Source: Candidatus Altimarinota bacterium
Lineage (GTDB): Bacteria > Patescibacteriota > Gracilibacteria > 1-14-2-50-48-13
Length of the DNA: 64,000 nucleotides
Assembly (NCBI GenBank): GCA_046314355.1
Contig: JBKBWQ010000001.1
Coordinates: forward strand, 1,184,001 to 1,248,000
Direction of reading: 5' to 3'
The notes under the pieces were generated by a model, which saw only the letters and a program-made list of their open reading frames with translations, did no database searches and was not told the origin of the DNA. This document shows positions 31,614-41,665 of this stretch, piece by piece (position 1 is the first letter of the stretch; each line of letters begins with the position of its first letter). The translations under genes were made by a program, and so were the position numbers.

Positions 31614-34600
31614 ATGAACAAAGCAGGCAGGGTATCCCTTGCAGTAGGCGCGGTAGCAATTGTTGGAGTTGCTGCATTCGTGCTGGGAAATTACCTCTTA
31701 CCCGGAGGACTCTTCCAATCAGCTCTTATTTCACCAGTGGACACGGAAACGGTTATTGGTGACGGATTTGGACCACCGAGTGGAGTGAACTTTACGGTGA
31801 ATCCAAATTTGACCATAGACAATGGATCTATTGCCATGCCTAGTGTCTATGCAGGAAGCAGAGTAGATAATAACACAGCAAATGACGGATATCCTGACAG
31901 ATGGTATCCTAATCCTGATGCTACTTGGACATATCAGCTTCCTGAGGGACATCCAAATAAACCAATCATCAAGATCATAACAGATAGTCTCACTAGTAAA
32001 AAACGGCTTCTCATGGATGCTAGAGATAAGTCTATTGAAGCTAGTATGAGACAGATCAACTATCTTCCTCCAGATAGGCTTAAGATAGGAGATAAATTTG
32101 TGCTTCGTGCATGGGTATCTTCAGCAAATAATGCTGATCAGGATGCTCAGGTGCGGCTTAGTCTTCTTCATAATTCTTGTAATACGTGTTTTGGATATAC
32201 AGCAGGTGGTAATACATATGCTAATTATGCCGAAGCTGTACAGAGCGGTAGTCCATATTTACCAGTGGCAGGTGGTGCTGCACGTATGATTACTACTTCC
32301 GTGATGACAGTTACAAAGGAAGAGGTCATGAGTTTTGACGGAACTAAGATGGTACCAGATGTTGCCAAAATCGGAACTGGTACTGTAACTCCTGAGGGGT
32401 ATACTGTAGGACTAGAAGGAAATATGCTAGCCTATATTGCAGTAAAACCAGGTCATGCGGCATTTGTGGACCGTATTGAGGTAGTAAAAGTAAGCAGTGA
32501 GGACAGTAAAATTTTAGCTAACGGAGATTTCCCTGCGGATAATACTGGGTATGTACGAACAATCCAGCCTAATCTAGCAGCTGGTGCTCCTAAGTACCTT
32601 CCTGCAGGATGGTCTTCTCAGCCATTTACAAACAGCATGCTTAGCTGTGGAAATGGTTCTACTGCTATTACAAATACTGGCGCAGGAATCAGAATTGATT
32701 CTGGTGCAAATGACGGATGTATTTATCAGTACAAAGTTCAGGGAGACTGGAATTTCGGACTTGGAAAATATGTGAGTGATGTAAAAGTAGGTGATGAATA
32801 TGTAGCAAAAGCTACAGTACAAGGTATAGATAATGATGCATATCTAAGTATTTCTGCTAGTCATATTACTGAGCCTGATCTAGCAAAAATGACAAATTAT
32901 GACTTTGATCATGTAAAGGTATGGGGAACTGCAAAAAAGGACACTCCAACTGTCCTTACTACTACTCCTCTTCGAGTTACATCTGAAGATGCAACCGGAC
33001 TTCATGTGTTAGGAACTTCTATTAGTGTGTACGGACCATCTAAGAGTGCTCTTGTCACAAAGGTCGAGATGATCAAGTGTACAAAGGATGCCAATGGTGA
33101 TTATCAGCAGGCAGACTGTAAGTCCAACTCAGGAACTACTACGGTCATGAATGCAGGTATGAAAATTGATCAAGGAATTACTTACAATAGTGGGCCAGTT
33201 TACAATAAGATTGCAGCGGATGGCAATCCAGATTCATGGAATATTGGTTGTAAAAAATCAGATGCTACAACAGATGCAAATCCTACTGCTGCTATTAATA
33301 TCACAGCTGAAGGAGCAACGGTTCAGCTGCCTGACGATGCGAGTTACTGTGATGTATACCAGATGCTCACTACTCCGATGGTAAAAGATGATACATATGT
33401 TAGTGTTACACGAGTAAAAGTTGCTGCTGATCAAGCTATAAGCAGCAATGCTTATACTCAGCTAGGACATAATAGTCCGTGGACTGCATCAGATAGAAGT
33501 AACTTTGAATTTACACCGCAAAGTGGCAATACAGAGATTGATCTTGGAAATGGTCTATATGAGTTTGTAAGTAAACGTCTTCATATTTCAAAGCCAAATC
33601 TTGGACCTGGACAGCATCCAGTATGGCCTTACAGAACATCTATCGTATATAGAGTAGCTAGAACTACTGCATATGGAGTACCTACACCTCCAGTGACTAT
33701 CGTAAATATGGATATAGTCCAGTGTGGTACATTAGATAAATCATCTGATAAATTTAAAAACTATTGTGTACAGGATATTCTTCCAGCAGGAACAAGAGTT
33801 TCTACAAATGGAGATCTTCTAGATAGTATCGGACTTCTTGTAAATGCAATTGCAGGTGACTTAGTGCCTGATGGATGGACTGCTGCACGAGTGACTCCTG
33901 AGCTTAAAGATAATATAAAATATGTGAAGCCAACACACACTATTAACGCATTTCAGCTTTCAAATAAAGATATTCCGACGAATGTTTTACTATATCTTAC
34001 GCAGGCAATAAAGACAGATACTACAAACAAGAAGTATATGGCGGTGGCACAGCTGCAGTCTGCAGACGCTGCCCCTATAGCTGCACGTTTTCTACTTTCT
34101 CATAATCTTTTCAAGGGAGCTGCCGGCGGAGAACAAACTGTAGATCGTGCTCTCACAGTAGATGAGGGAATTTCTGGAGTTGGAGCCAATCCTGATGCAC
34201 ATCTATATCCGAACTTGAAGATGTACACTACACCTATTCTTAGTGTAACTACCCCTACTAAAGCAGGCTCTAATGATCTTGATCTTGTTATTCATCCAGC
34301 ACAGAATGCTACTCTTAATATTCAGAGAGCAAAGGTGGTTGAAGTAGCAGATAGTGATCTTGAGACTATACGTAATACTCTTCAGCTTAAGCCTACTTTA
34401 AATGGATCCTTTGAAAAGGATAATGGTACTGACTATGGTTATACTACGGTAGATACTCTTGCCAATAACTCTACACCTGATGGATGGGGTAGAAGCGGAT
34501 GTGCTGCTGATACTGGTGTCACTGCAGAAGATAAGACTGAAGGAACTAATAGCTTGAGACTTACCCAGGCTGGTACAGGACTCTGTATGTTCCAACAGCC

Positions 34601-37600
34601 GAGTACAGCACCTATTAAACAAGGTGACTTGTATGTTCTTTCTGCTAAAGTAAAAAATATTGGTACTCGAGATGGTGTCTTCCAGATGAGATGGGTACAT
34701 AACTTCTTTGATGCTGACCTACAAGAAGGACATCCTACTGAAAGATATACAGGTAAAGTAATCGCTAAAGGTGGAAACTGGGAAACTGTAAAGTACGCTA
34801 CTAAGATTAGAATAAAGAATGCCGACGCAGCTACAGACTTTACTTCTATGACAGAGCTCTTTAATGTAACGAATTCATCTGGACTTCTCACTCCAGGAAC
34901 GGATAATGTTCCACTTCTCGTGGATGATGTGAAGCTTACAAACTGTACTCAGAATCCTACTGCTCCTGAGTGTGTAAATACTCCAGATGAAAGCCTCGCT
35001 CCTACTAATCAGCTACTCTACAATCCAACTTTTGAAATTGATAACGGAAAATTGCCATTTAATGAAAAAGAGAAATTGATTGTAGGCAATAATAATGTTG
35101 AAAATGACAGCCTGCCTGATGGATGGTTCGTCGATGGTTGGGCAGGACCAAATGCTGCAGTAAAGGTGGGATATGAAGATGTCCTGGATATTGACTTCTC
35201 AAATGGTAGTACATCAACAAACAGGTATTTTAAGATTGATACCACAGCTGTACCAAGCTCTCAGACACCTCTTACACTCTTTATTCAGACACGGTACATA
35301 CCAACTCAGAAAGGAGAGAAATATAGAGCTGTTGCTATGGTACGTACAGCTAGTGAGAATAACACTCCTGTACGAGTTGCTATGAATCTTGAACATAATC
35401 CTTACCAAGTACCACGTCCAGCTGAAGATTTTGCTCATGGTTCTGTTGTTGCAGGAAATGCACTGACAAGACTTGAAACGGGTATTTTGACTATTAGTAC
35501 AGATGATAAGGTCCCAGAAGTAAATATGTGGGATCGAGGAAACTTAGGAGTAGGTATTTACCTTGAACGAAATCAGAAGGTACTTATCGATAGTGTTTAC
35601 CTTTATAAAGTACCAAGTGACTTCACTGAGCTTGTAGCTAATAAAAATGCAACAAGAGATGATGGAAGTGTTTATACTTTTGGTGAAATCTCTGCAAATA
35701 AAACAGCAGGAGATAAAATCCCTGATGGATGGAGATCTTATTGTAAGGACGGTGCAACAGCAAAGGAATCTTTGAATAGTTCACAATTCTTTACAAATGG
35801 ACAGAAGTATTACTTCCAGGAGAATGTGTATATTACAGCATTCCCAACAGCAGCTGAGGAAATCGGAGCAGGTAAAAAGTATACTACTGCACTTTCACAC
35901 TATAATGCTGTAGGAAAAGCAGGAGGGTATCTAGATAAACCTGAATATGCAGCAGCTATACAGCAGCTTGCGCCAGGTTATAACGAAGATGCATACTTAC
36001 TTGCATTCCCTGATGTTGCGAAGTCTGTAGGGCCAGGTCGAATGTTTATGTCAGGTCTAGAGCATTACATTCCTTATGGAAAGGATCAGAATGGAGATAG
36101 ACTTACTAAGACTTCATACGCAAGTGCGGTTGCAGCACTTGGTGCCTTCGATAAACCTCTCTTTACTGCAGATGCTGGATATCAGACATGTCAGATAGAG
36201 CAGGTGCAGAATACTTCGACAAAGATCGGAGATGAATATGTAGCTTATGCAAAGGTAAAGAACGTCTCTCTTACTTCAGAGTCACTTAAACTTATCCTTG
36301 CACATAACTGGTGGCATAGTGAAGCTGGTGTTACTACTGAACCTAGTGCATCTTCTATTACTCCTATGACTGCTGGCCAGGAAGTGACTATGAGAACAGG
36401 TAAACTAAAGATTGCTTACCCAGATGCGAATAACAACATGTACAGTGATACTTATAAGCTAGGTCTTATATTACAGAATCATGTACCTGCTGTAGTAGAT
36501 CAGGGAAGAAGCAAGGCATTTAAGATCCTTGATACAGGTATCGTAAACTGTACAAAGGAACCTACAAATGAATATTGTCTTCCAACACCTGACCTTAACC
36601 TTATCGGAAAAGGAAATCAGATCTTGGTTAATACAGATCTTACATCAGATAGTGGTTCTATACCTCAGGCAAACATCGGTAGAAAGATGAATAAGCTTCC
36701 AAATGATGGAATCCCTGACGGATGGAATGATGATACAAATACTGCATCTATTGTAAGTATCGCTGCAAGCGGTGCTAACGGTAGAGTCCCAGAACCAGTA
36801 GTAAAGATTGATGGTACAACTGGACTTGCGAACTTTAAGCAGGCAGTAAAGGTGAATAATACTTTAGGAAAGAAATATCAGGCGGTGTTCCAGGTACGAA
36901 CAGCAAACCCTGCAAATCTAGATGCATCATTTAATATTCAGCTCTATCATAACCCATATGCGGGGACAACAAATACTGATGCAGCAGCAGCTTCATATAA
37001 AGCTACTGGCACATTCCAGACATTTGTATCACCAGTACTTACGGTTACAAAACCAGATGTCTCTCCAGCGAGTACAAGCGGATTTGATAATTTATTCTTC
37101 AATATTTTCCCAAGTACGGGAAATATGATCTACATCCAGAAAGTGGAAGTCTTTGAACTTGTGGATGACGCAAACAGCCTTGTACAAAATGGATCATTTG
37201 AGAAGGATGATGCAACACGCTACATCTCTGTAGTAGACGGAAATGCGACAGCAGGAGATAAAATCCCTGATGGATGGCATGGATCTGCAGCTACAGGTGT
37301 AACAATGGTCACTACTCCTGTGAAATCAGGACAGAACGCAGTAAGTATTGCTTCTGAGACTCAGCAGGGTGGCAAGAGCATTATAATGTCACTTGATACT
37401 CCTACAACTGTAGGCGATAAATATGTAGCCGTTGCGAATGTATATTCTGCAGCTCCAGCAGCAGTAGGTATCAAGCTTATGCACAATGCTTCTGCTCCAA
37501 AAGCAGAACAGTCTAGCCCAGTAACAAATACTCTTACAGCTTCAGGATCTACATGGACGAAACTTATCTCTCAGAAGATGACTATTAGTAAACCAGACGT

Positions 37601-40070
37601 AGCAACTGGAGATAACCTTGAACTAAGCGTATCTGTTCTTAGTCCAAACTCTACTGTAATCGTAGATGATGTCTCACTTATCAATTGTACAAAGAATCCA
37701 ACTGTATCTGAATGTACTGCTGTAATCCAGCAGAATCCAATTCTTACAAATGGAAACTTTGAATTAGATAATGGTACAATCGCTATTGAAGCTCTAGGTG
37801 ACTCTACTGTAAATGGTATTCCAGATACATGGAGTAGAGACTGTATGGGTAACGGTACTATGTCTTCAGTAGCCGGAAAGACCGGTACAGGTATGATGCT
37901 TTCAAATACTGGAGCAGCACATTGTCTCTACCAGTATACAAATGTTCAGCCGATCAAAGATCATGTATATGTTGCGACAGCAGATGTGAAATCAGCTTCA
38001 AACAACATCTATACATTGGACTTTATCCTCTCCCATAATCCTAATGTTACTGATTTCCTAGAGACTGCTGAAAATAAGTCACAGCAGATAACTCAGAATT
38101 GGAAGACAGTAAGCAGTGGACCACTCAAGATAGTAAAGGCAGATGCACTTCCAGAAAAGATGCCTTACAATATTTTTGAGAAGTTTGGAGTGATTCTTAG
38201 AATCAACGAATCTGGAGCAAATGTGATCTTTGACAATGTTATAATCACGGACTGTACTCTTTCACCAACTGCTACTGCATGTACTCAGGCTCAGGCTAAA
38301 ATAACTGCCGTAAAGAGTACGACTATGAGCGATGGTATACTCGTGAAGGGACAAACAGCACAGAAAGTAGGAGCTCTTACTCTTACTGCTGAGAACAGTG
38401 ATACGGTAATCCATACAATGAAATTTACATTACCAAATGGAACTTCAGGATTCAGCAACTTTACTATCAAGAATGATGCTGCTATCCCAACAATAGCTTC
38501 TGGAACAACATCTTCAGGAAATGTACTATTCCAGTTCGGTGGATCTCCAGTGCCAAAGAACACGCCACTAAACTATAGTGTTTATGCGGATGTAGCTGCG
38601 AATGCTGCTGCTCCACTTAGCTCATCAGGATCAGGTATCTTGCAGCTGTCATTAGCAGAAAATGGTATCGGATTCCAGGATCAGGTATTTATAAAGCAGT
38701 TTACTTCTACTTCTCCTGCGATAAGTCTTCAGAAAATGCAGCTTAATACGACGGCACCTGCTGTTGTAGGCTCACTTGCTGTGACAAAGGCAACACAGTT
38801 TGCTGATCAGACAGTAACTAAGTCAGGTTCTAATCAGAAGATAGGAAGCTTTGCTATAAAGGCAACTGGAGAGAGCTACAAGGTGGAATCTATCGCGATG
38901 AAACTAAGTGGTATCAATGGAGTCACTAATCTCTACTTAACTTCAAGTGGTCAAACTCTTGGAACAACAGTTACATCACCAGCACTTACAAACATGTTTG
39001 CATTTGCTAATACGCCGGTATATGTAGCGAAGGATGCAACTGTAACCGTAGATGTATTTGCAACTATTGCGAGTACTTCTACTATGGCAACGCTTCAGAC
39101 AAGTCTCGATGCAAATGCTATAGCAGCTAAGAGCAATACAAACGCGGTACTAACAGCTCCTGCAAATACAACATTGCTCCAGGTACTTACTCTTAATGGA
39201 ACTCTCCTACCTTCAGCACCGACAACTACATCAAAACCTGGTACTAATACAGGTGGCACATATGTTGGAGCAGGTAATACAGGATCTTCAGCAGGTCTTG
39301 GACAGTTACCTTCAGGTACTGGCGGCGGTGTAAGTACTATTGTATGCCCTCCTTCATGTGAGACAGCAGTAAATCCAAAGGATGTCTCTAGTACACACTT
39401 TGCATATAATGCAGTGAAGTATCTAAGTGCACGAGGAATTCTCAAAGGATACTCAGATAATACATTCCGAGTAGAAAATGCTATCAACAGAGCAGAGTTT
39501 GTGAAGATTGTATCAAACGGATTCAAGCTCACTACAACTGAGAAATCAGCAGCGCTTCCATTCAAGGATGTACGTTCAGCTGACTGGTTCTATAGTGTAC
39601 TTCGCACTGTATTCAAAGCAGGTCTTGTGAAAGGATATGCATCAGGTGATTTCTTACCTGCAAAAAATATCCAGCGAGACGAGGCTGTGAAGATCATGGC
39701 TCTCGCAGATGCAGCAACAGCTATCAAGCTTAAGAACAAGAATCTTACTGATACTGAAGCAACTGCCCAGGCTGAGACACTCATCACTAATCAGTGGAAT
39801 ACATGGAAGGCATCACATGCAGGATTTACATATGTACAGTTCTCTGATGCAAGTGTAAACGCATGGTATGCTAAATATCTCCTCTATGCAGTAGAAAAGG
39901 GATATATCTCTGGACGAACAGTAAATGGAGTGAAAGTATTTGCTCCAGCAGATCAGATCACTCGTGGAGAAGCAGCAGTACTTATTGCACGAATTATCGA
40001 TGCAAATAAGATCACTTATCCAGCAGAGAAGAAAGCTGATAATACATTTACAGTCAAATTCCCTGAGTAG
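31614..40070 (+). CDS. Giant (about 2818 aa) surface protein with about 10 CBM4/9-like jelly-roll modules, Ig-like domains and three SLH domains
   Basis: Start at MNKAGR gives an N-terminal TM; repeated NG(S/N/D)F(E)...PDGW...HN modules; SLH motifs (INRAEF, IQRDEA, ITRGEAA). Confidence 0.8.
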   Translation: MNKAGRVSLAVGAVAIVGVAAFVLGNYLLPGGLFQSALISPVDTETVIGDGFGPPSGVNFTVNPNLTIDNGSIAMPSVYAGSRVDNNTANDGYPDRWYPNPDATWTYQLPEGHPNKPIIKIITDSLTSKKRLLMDARDKSIEASMRQINYLPPDRLKIGDKFVLRAWVSSANNADQDAQVRLSLLHNSCNTCFGYTAGGNTYANYAEAVQSGSPYLPVAGGAARMITTSVMTVTKEEVMSFDGTKMVPDVAKIGTGTVTPEGYTVGLEGNMLAYIAVKPGHAAFVDRIEVVKVSSEDSKILANGDFPADNTGYVRTIQPNLAAGAPKYLPAGWSSQPFTNSMLSCGNGSTAITNTGAGIRIDSGANDGCIYQYKVQGDWNFGLGKYVSDVKVGDEYVAKATVQGIDNDAYLSISASHITEPDLAKMTNYDFDHVKVWGTAKKDTPTVLTTTPLRVTSEDATGLHVLGTSISVYGPSKSALVTKVEMIKCTKDANGDYQQADCKSNSGTTTVMNAGMKIDQGITYNSGPVYNKIAADGNPDSWNIGCKKSDATTDANPTAAINITAEGATVQLPDDASYCDVYQMLTTPMVKDDTYVSVTRVKVAADQAISSNAYTQLGHNSPWTASDRSNFEFTPQSGNTEIDLGNGLYEFVSKRLHISKPNLGPGQHPVWPYRTSIVYRVARTTAYGVPTPPVTIVNMDIVQCGTLDKSSDKFKNYCVQDILPAGTRVSTNGDLLDSIGLLVNAIAGDLVPDGWTAARVTPELKDNIKYVKPTHTINAFQLSNKDIPTNVLLYLTQAIKTDTTNKKYMAVAQLQSADAAPIAARFLLSHNLFKGAAGGEQTVDRALTVDEGISGVGANPDAHLYPNLKMYTTPILSVTTPTKAGSNDLDLVIHPAQNATLNIQRAKVVEVADSDLETIRNTLQLKPTLNGSFEKDNGTDYGYTTVDTLANNSTPDGWGRSGCAADTGVTAEDKTEGTNSLRLTQAGTGLCMFQQPSTAPIKQGDLYVLSAKVKNIGTRDGVFQMRWVHNFFDADLQEGHPTERYTGKVIAKGGNWETVKYATKIRIKNADAATDFTSMTELFNVTNSSGLLTPGTDNVPLLVDDVKLTNCTQNPTAPECVNTPDESLAPTNQLLYNPTFEIDNGKLPFNEKEKLIVGNNNVENDSLPDGWFVDGWAGPNAAVKVGYEDVLDIDFSNGSTSTNRYFKIDTTAVPSSQTPLTLFIQTRYIPTQKGEKYRAVAMVRTASENNTPVRVAMNLEHNPYQVPRPAEDFAHGSVVAGNALTRLETGILTISTDDKVPEVNMWDRGNLGVGIYLERNQKVLIDSVYLYKVPSDFTELVANKNATRDDGSVYTFGEISANKTAGDKIPDGWRSYCKDGATAKESLNSSQFFTNGQKYYFQENVYITAFPTAAEEIGAGKKYTTALSHYNAVGKAGGYLDKPEYAAAIQQLAPGYNEDAYLLAFPDVAKSVGPGRMFMSGLEHYIPYGKDQNGDRLTKTSYASAVAALGAFDKPLFTADAGYQTCQIEQVQNTSTKIGDEYVAYAKVKNVSLTSESLKLILAHNWWHSEAGVTTEPSASSITPMTAGQEVTMRTGKLKIAYPDANNNMYSDTYKLGLILQNHVPAVVDQGRSKAFKILDTGIVNCTKEPTNEYCLPTPDLNLIGKGNQILVNTDLTSDSGSIPQANIGRKMNKLPNDGIPDGWNDDTNTASIVSIAASGANGRVPEPVVKIDGTTGLANFKQAVKVNNTLGKKYQAVFQVRTANPANLDASFNIQLYHNPYAGTTNTDAAAASYKATGTFQTFVSPVLTVTKPDVSPASTSGFDNLFFNIFPSTGNMIYIQKVEVFELVDDANSLVQNGSFEKDDATRYISVVDGNATAGDKIPDGWHGSAATGVTMVTTPVKSGQNAVSIASETQQGGKSIIMSLDTPTTVGDKYVAVANVYSAAPAAVGIKLMHNASAPKAEQSSPVTNTLTASGSTWTKLISQKMTISKPDVATGDNLELSVSVLSPNSTVIVDDVSLINCTKNPTVSECTAVIQQNPILTNGNFELDNGTIAIEALGDSTVNGIPDTWSRDCMGNGTMSSVAGKTGTGMMLSNTGAAHCLYQYTNVQPIKDHVYVATADVKSASNNIYTLDFILSHNPNVTDFLETAENKSQQITQNWKTVSSGPLKIVKADALPEKMPYNIFEKFGVILRINESGANVIFDNVIITDCTLSPTATACTQAQAKITAVKSTTMSDGILVKGQTAQKVGALTLTAENSDTVIHTMKFTLPNGTSGFSNFTIKNDAAIPTIASGTTSSGNVLFQFGGSPVPKNTPLNYSVYADVAANAAAPLSSSGSGILQLSLAENGIGFQDQVFIKQFTSTSPAISLQKMQLNTTAPAVVGSLAVTKATQFADQTVTKSGSNQKIGSFAIKATGESYKVESIAMKLSGINGVTNLYLTSSGQTLGTTVTSPALTNMFAFANTPVYVAKDATVTVDVFATIASTSTMATLQTSLDANAIAAKSNTNAVLTAPANTTLLQVLTLNGTLLPSAPTTTSKPGTNTGGTYVGAGNTGSSAGLGQLPSGTGGGVSTIVCPPSCETAVNPKDVSSTHFAYNAVKYLSARGILKGYSDNTFRVENAINRAEFVKIVSNGFKLTTTEKSAALPFKDVRSADWFYSVLRTVFKAGLVKGYASGDFLPAKNIQRDEAVKIMALADAATAIKLKNKNLTDTEATAQAETLITNQWNTWKASHAGFTYVQFSDASVNAWYAKYLLYAVEKGYISGRTVNGVKVFAPADQITRGEAAVLIARIIDANKITYPAEKKADNTFTVKFPE

Positions 40071-40087
40071 TGTATAAGGCAAGGAAT

Positions 40088-40130
40088 AAAAAAACTCCTC
40101 CACCGTTCCAACGCGGTGGGGAGTTTTTTT
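40088..40130 (+). terminator. Intrinsic terminator
   Basis: AAAAAAACTCCTCCACCG...CGGTGGGGAGTTTTTTT. Confidence 0.85.
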
Positions 40131-40136
40131 AGTAAG

Positions 40137-40224
40137 GGGCTCGGTAATTGGGCGCACATTATTGGGCTCTAATAATTGAGCTCAATAATTGCAGCCCAAT
40201 TATAGGAGTCTAATTATTGAGCCC
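40137..40224. repeat. 88-bp imperfect palindrome built of 13-14-bp units (copy A)
   Basis: Alternating GRGCYC-like hexamers and AATWATT-like spacers, centred on GAGCTC (40178-40183); 75/88 identical to the reverse complement of 44159-44246. Confidence 0.9.
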
Positions 40225-40309
40225 GTCCTCCCTCCCTTTCCTAATTTTATCTTGCAATTTACTTTGTGCCTGATATATTCAAAAAGCCTTAAAACAGGCA
40301 GGTATATGC

Positions 40310-40386
40310 GGGTGTATAGCTCAGTTGGTTAGAGCGCGGCACTGATAATGCCGAGGTCGAAGGTTCAACTCCTTCTATACCCACCA
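40310..40386 (+). tRNA. tRNA-Ile (anticodon GAT)
   Basis: Acceptor GGGTGTA/TATACCC; D-arm AGCTCAGTTGGTTAGAGC; anticodon arm CGGCA-CTGATAA-TGCCG; T-loop GGTTCAACTCC; encoded CCA; promoter TTGCAA-16-TATATT at 40252-40279. Confidence 0.97.
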
Positions 40387-40504
40387 TGAATTTTCTGCGA
40401 AAATTCGAGTGATTAGTCTTTAGTACTTGGTACTTAGAGGGCTATTTTTTGTTATACTGTAAAAAGAATCCCTCTTGTCCTCATCCATATAGTGACCTTA
40501 GATT

Positions 40505-40543
40505 TAATTACTTTCTTACTCTCTTACTAAATTACTTGAGCCC
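40505..40543 (+). repeat. Four tandem 8-bp nnnTTACT units plus GAGCCC (copy 1)
   Basis: taaTTACT ttcTTACT ctcTTACT aaaTTACT tGAGCCC, directly upstream of TTGACC-16-TACTAT. Confidence 0.8.
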
Positions 40544-40612
40544 CCATTGACCATTTATTTCATAGGGGTACTATAAAGTATTACAATGCTTTATTTTTTC
40601 AGCTTTAAGATT

Positions 40613-41380
40613 ATGAATACTACAAATAAATCTATTATATATATCATCATGGCTTTGGTGGTTTTGATGATAGTGTTTTTTATCGGTACTATGTTTACTA
40701 GAGTTCAGGATGACGACATTGCGAGTAATGCGAATGCAGTAATGAACACAAATATAAACTCTCCAAATCTCAATGGAGTCCTAGATGTAAATGCTAATAC
40801 AAGTACTGTGGTTCCTGTTGAGAATCTCAATATGAATATGACGGGCAATCAGAATATAAATTCTGAGGATGCTCTCCAGACTTATGAAAATAGAGATGTA
40901 AAACTTTCTCTTAAACATCCAGACACAATGAATCCAGAGAGTAATTTTATGAATACCTATCTGCTACCTGATACTTGGAATGCTCTATCGCCTCAAAGTA
41001 CTACTGGAAATAAGCTTGTGGCATTTAAGATCCCTGGATCGAATGATATTACAAGTGCGGGAATCAGGATCAGTACTAGTAAAAATTCTGTTGATATAGC
41101 TGCATGTACCACTACTCCTTCAAATGCTTCATTTGAAAAGACCACTAGGGTTATTAACGGAAATACGTATACCGTTTTAGCACTTAGCGAGGGTGCTATG
41201 AATCATTATAGTACTATCAATAGCTACAGACTTGTAAAGAATAATCTATGCTATGTCATTGATACATACGTGACAGGTACTAATCCGGAAGTGTATGATC
41301 CAAAACCAACACCTCCATTCACAAAAGATTCAGCTTTCACTCGTATTGATGCGATTCTTGGAACATTGAGTATAGAGTAA
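40613..41380 (+). CDS. Membrane-anchored exported protein with Asn-rich linker
   Basis: N-terminal TM; NANAVMNTNINSPNLN linker; folded C-terminal domain; terminator at 41459-41496. Confidence 0.75.
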   Translation: MNTTNKSIIYIIMALVVLMIVFFIGTMFTRVQDDDIASNANAVMNTNINSPNLNGVLDVNANTSTVVPVENLNMNMTGNQNINSEDALQTYENRDVKLSLKHPDTMNPESNFMNTYLLPDTWNALSPQSTTGNKLVAFKIPGSNDITSAGIRISTSKNSVDIAACTTTPSNASFEKTTRVINGNTYTVLALSEGAMNHYSTINSYRLVKNNLCYVIDTYVTGTNPEVYDPKPTPPFTKDSAFTRIDAILGTLSIE

Positions 41381-41665
41381 AAAAGTGTAAACACAGGATC
41401 GAGTATTGCGCTGAGTCTATGAAATCTTAGATTCTAATGTCAAAGTGGACTTCACAATAAAAAGCTCTCTGAGGTGTAAATCTCAGAGAGCTTTTTGTGA
41501 TATAAAAATATAAATTAATAATATGTATATAATCTGTAAATCATGCTTAAATACTAGAACTGACGGATGCTCATAGGAGAAATTGAAACTGCAGTTACTT
41601 GACTCTTTGTGTCTCGCTCTTCATAATTCTAGATTCTCATAATTTACATCTTAAATTCTTGTCTT

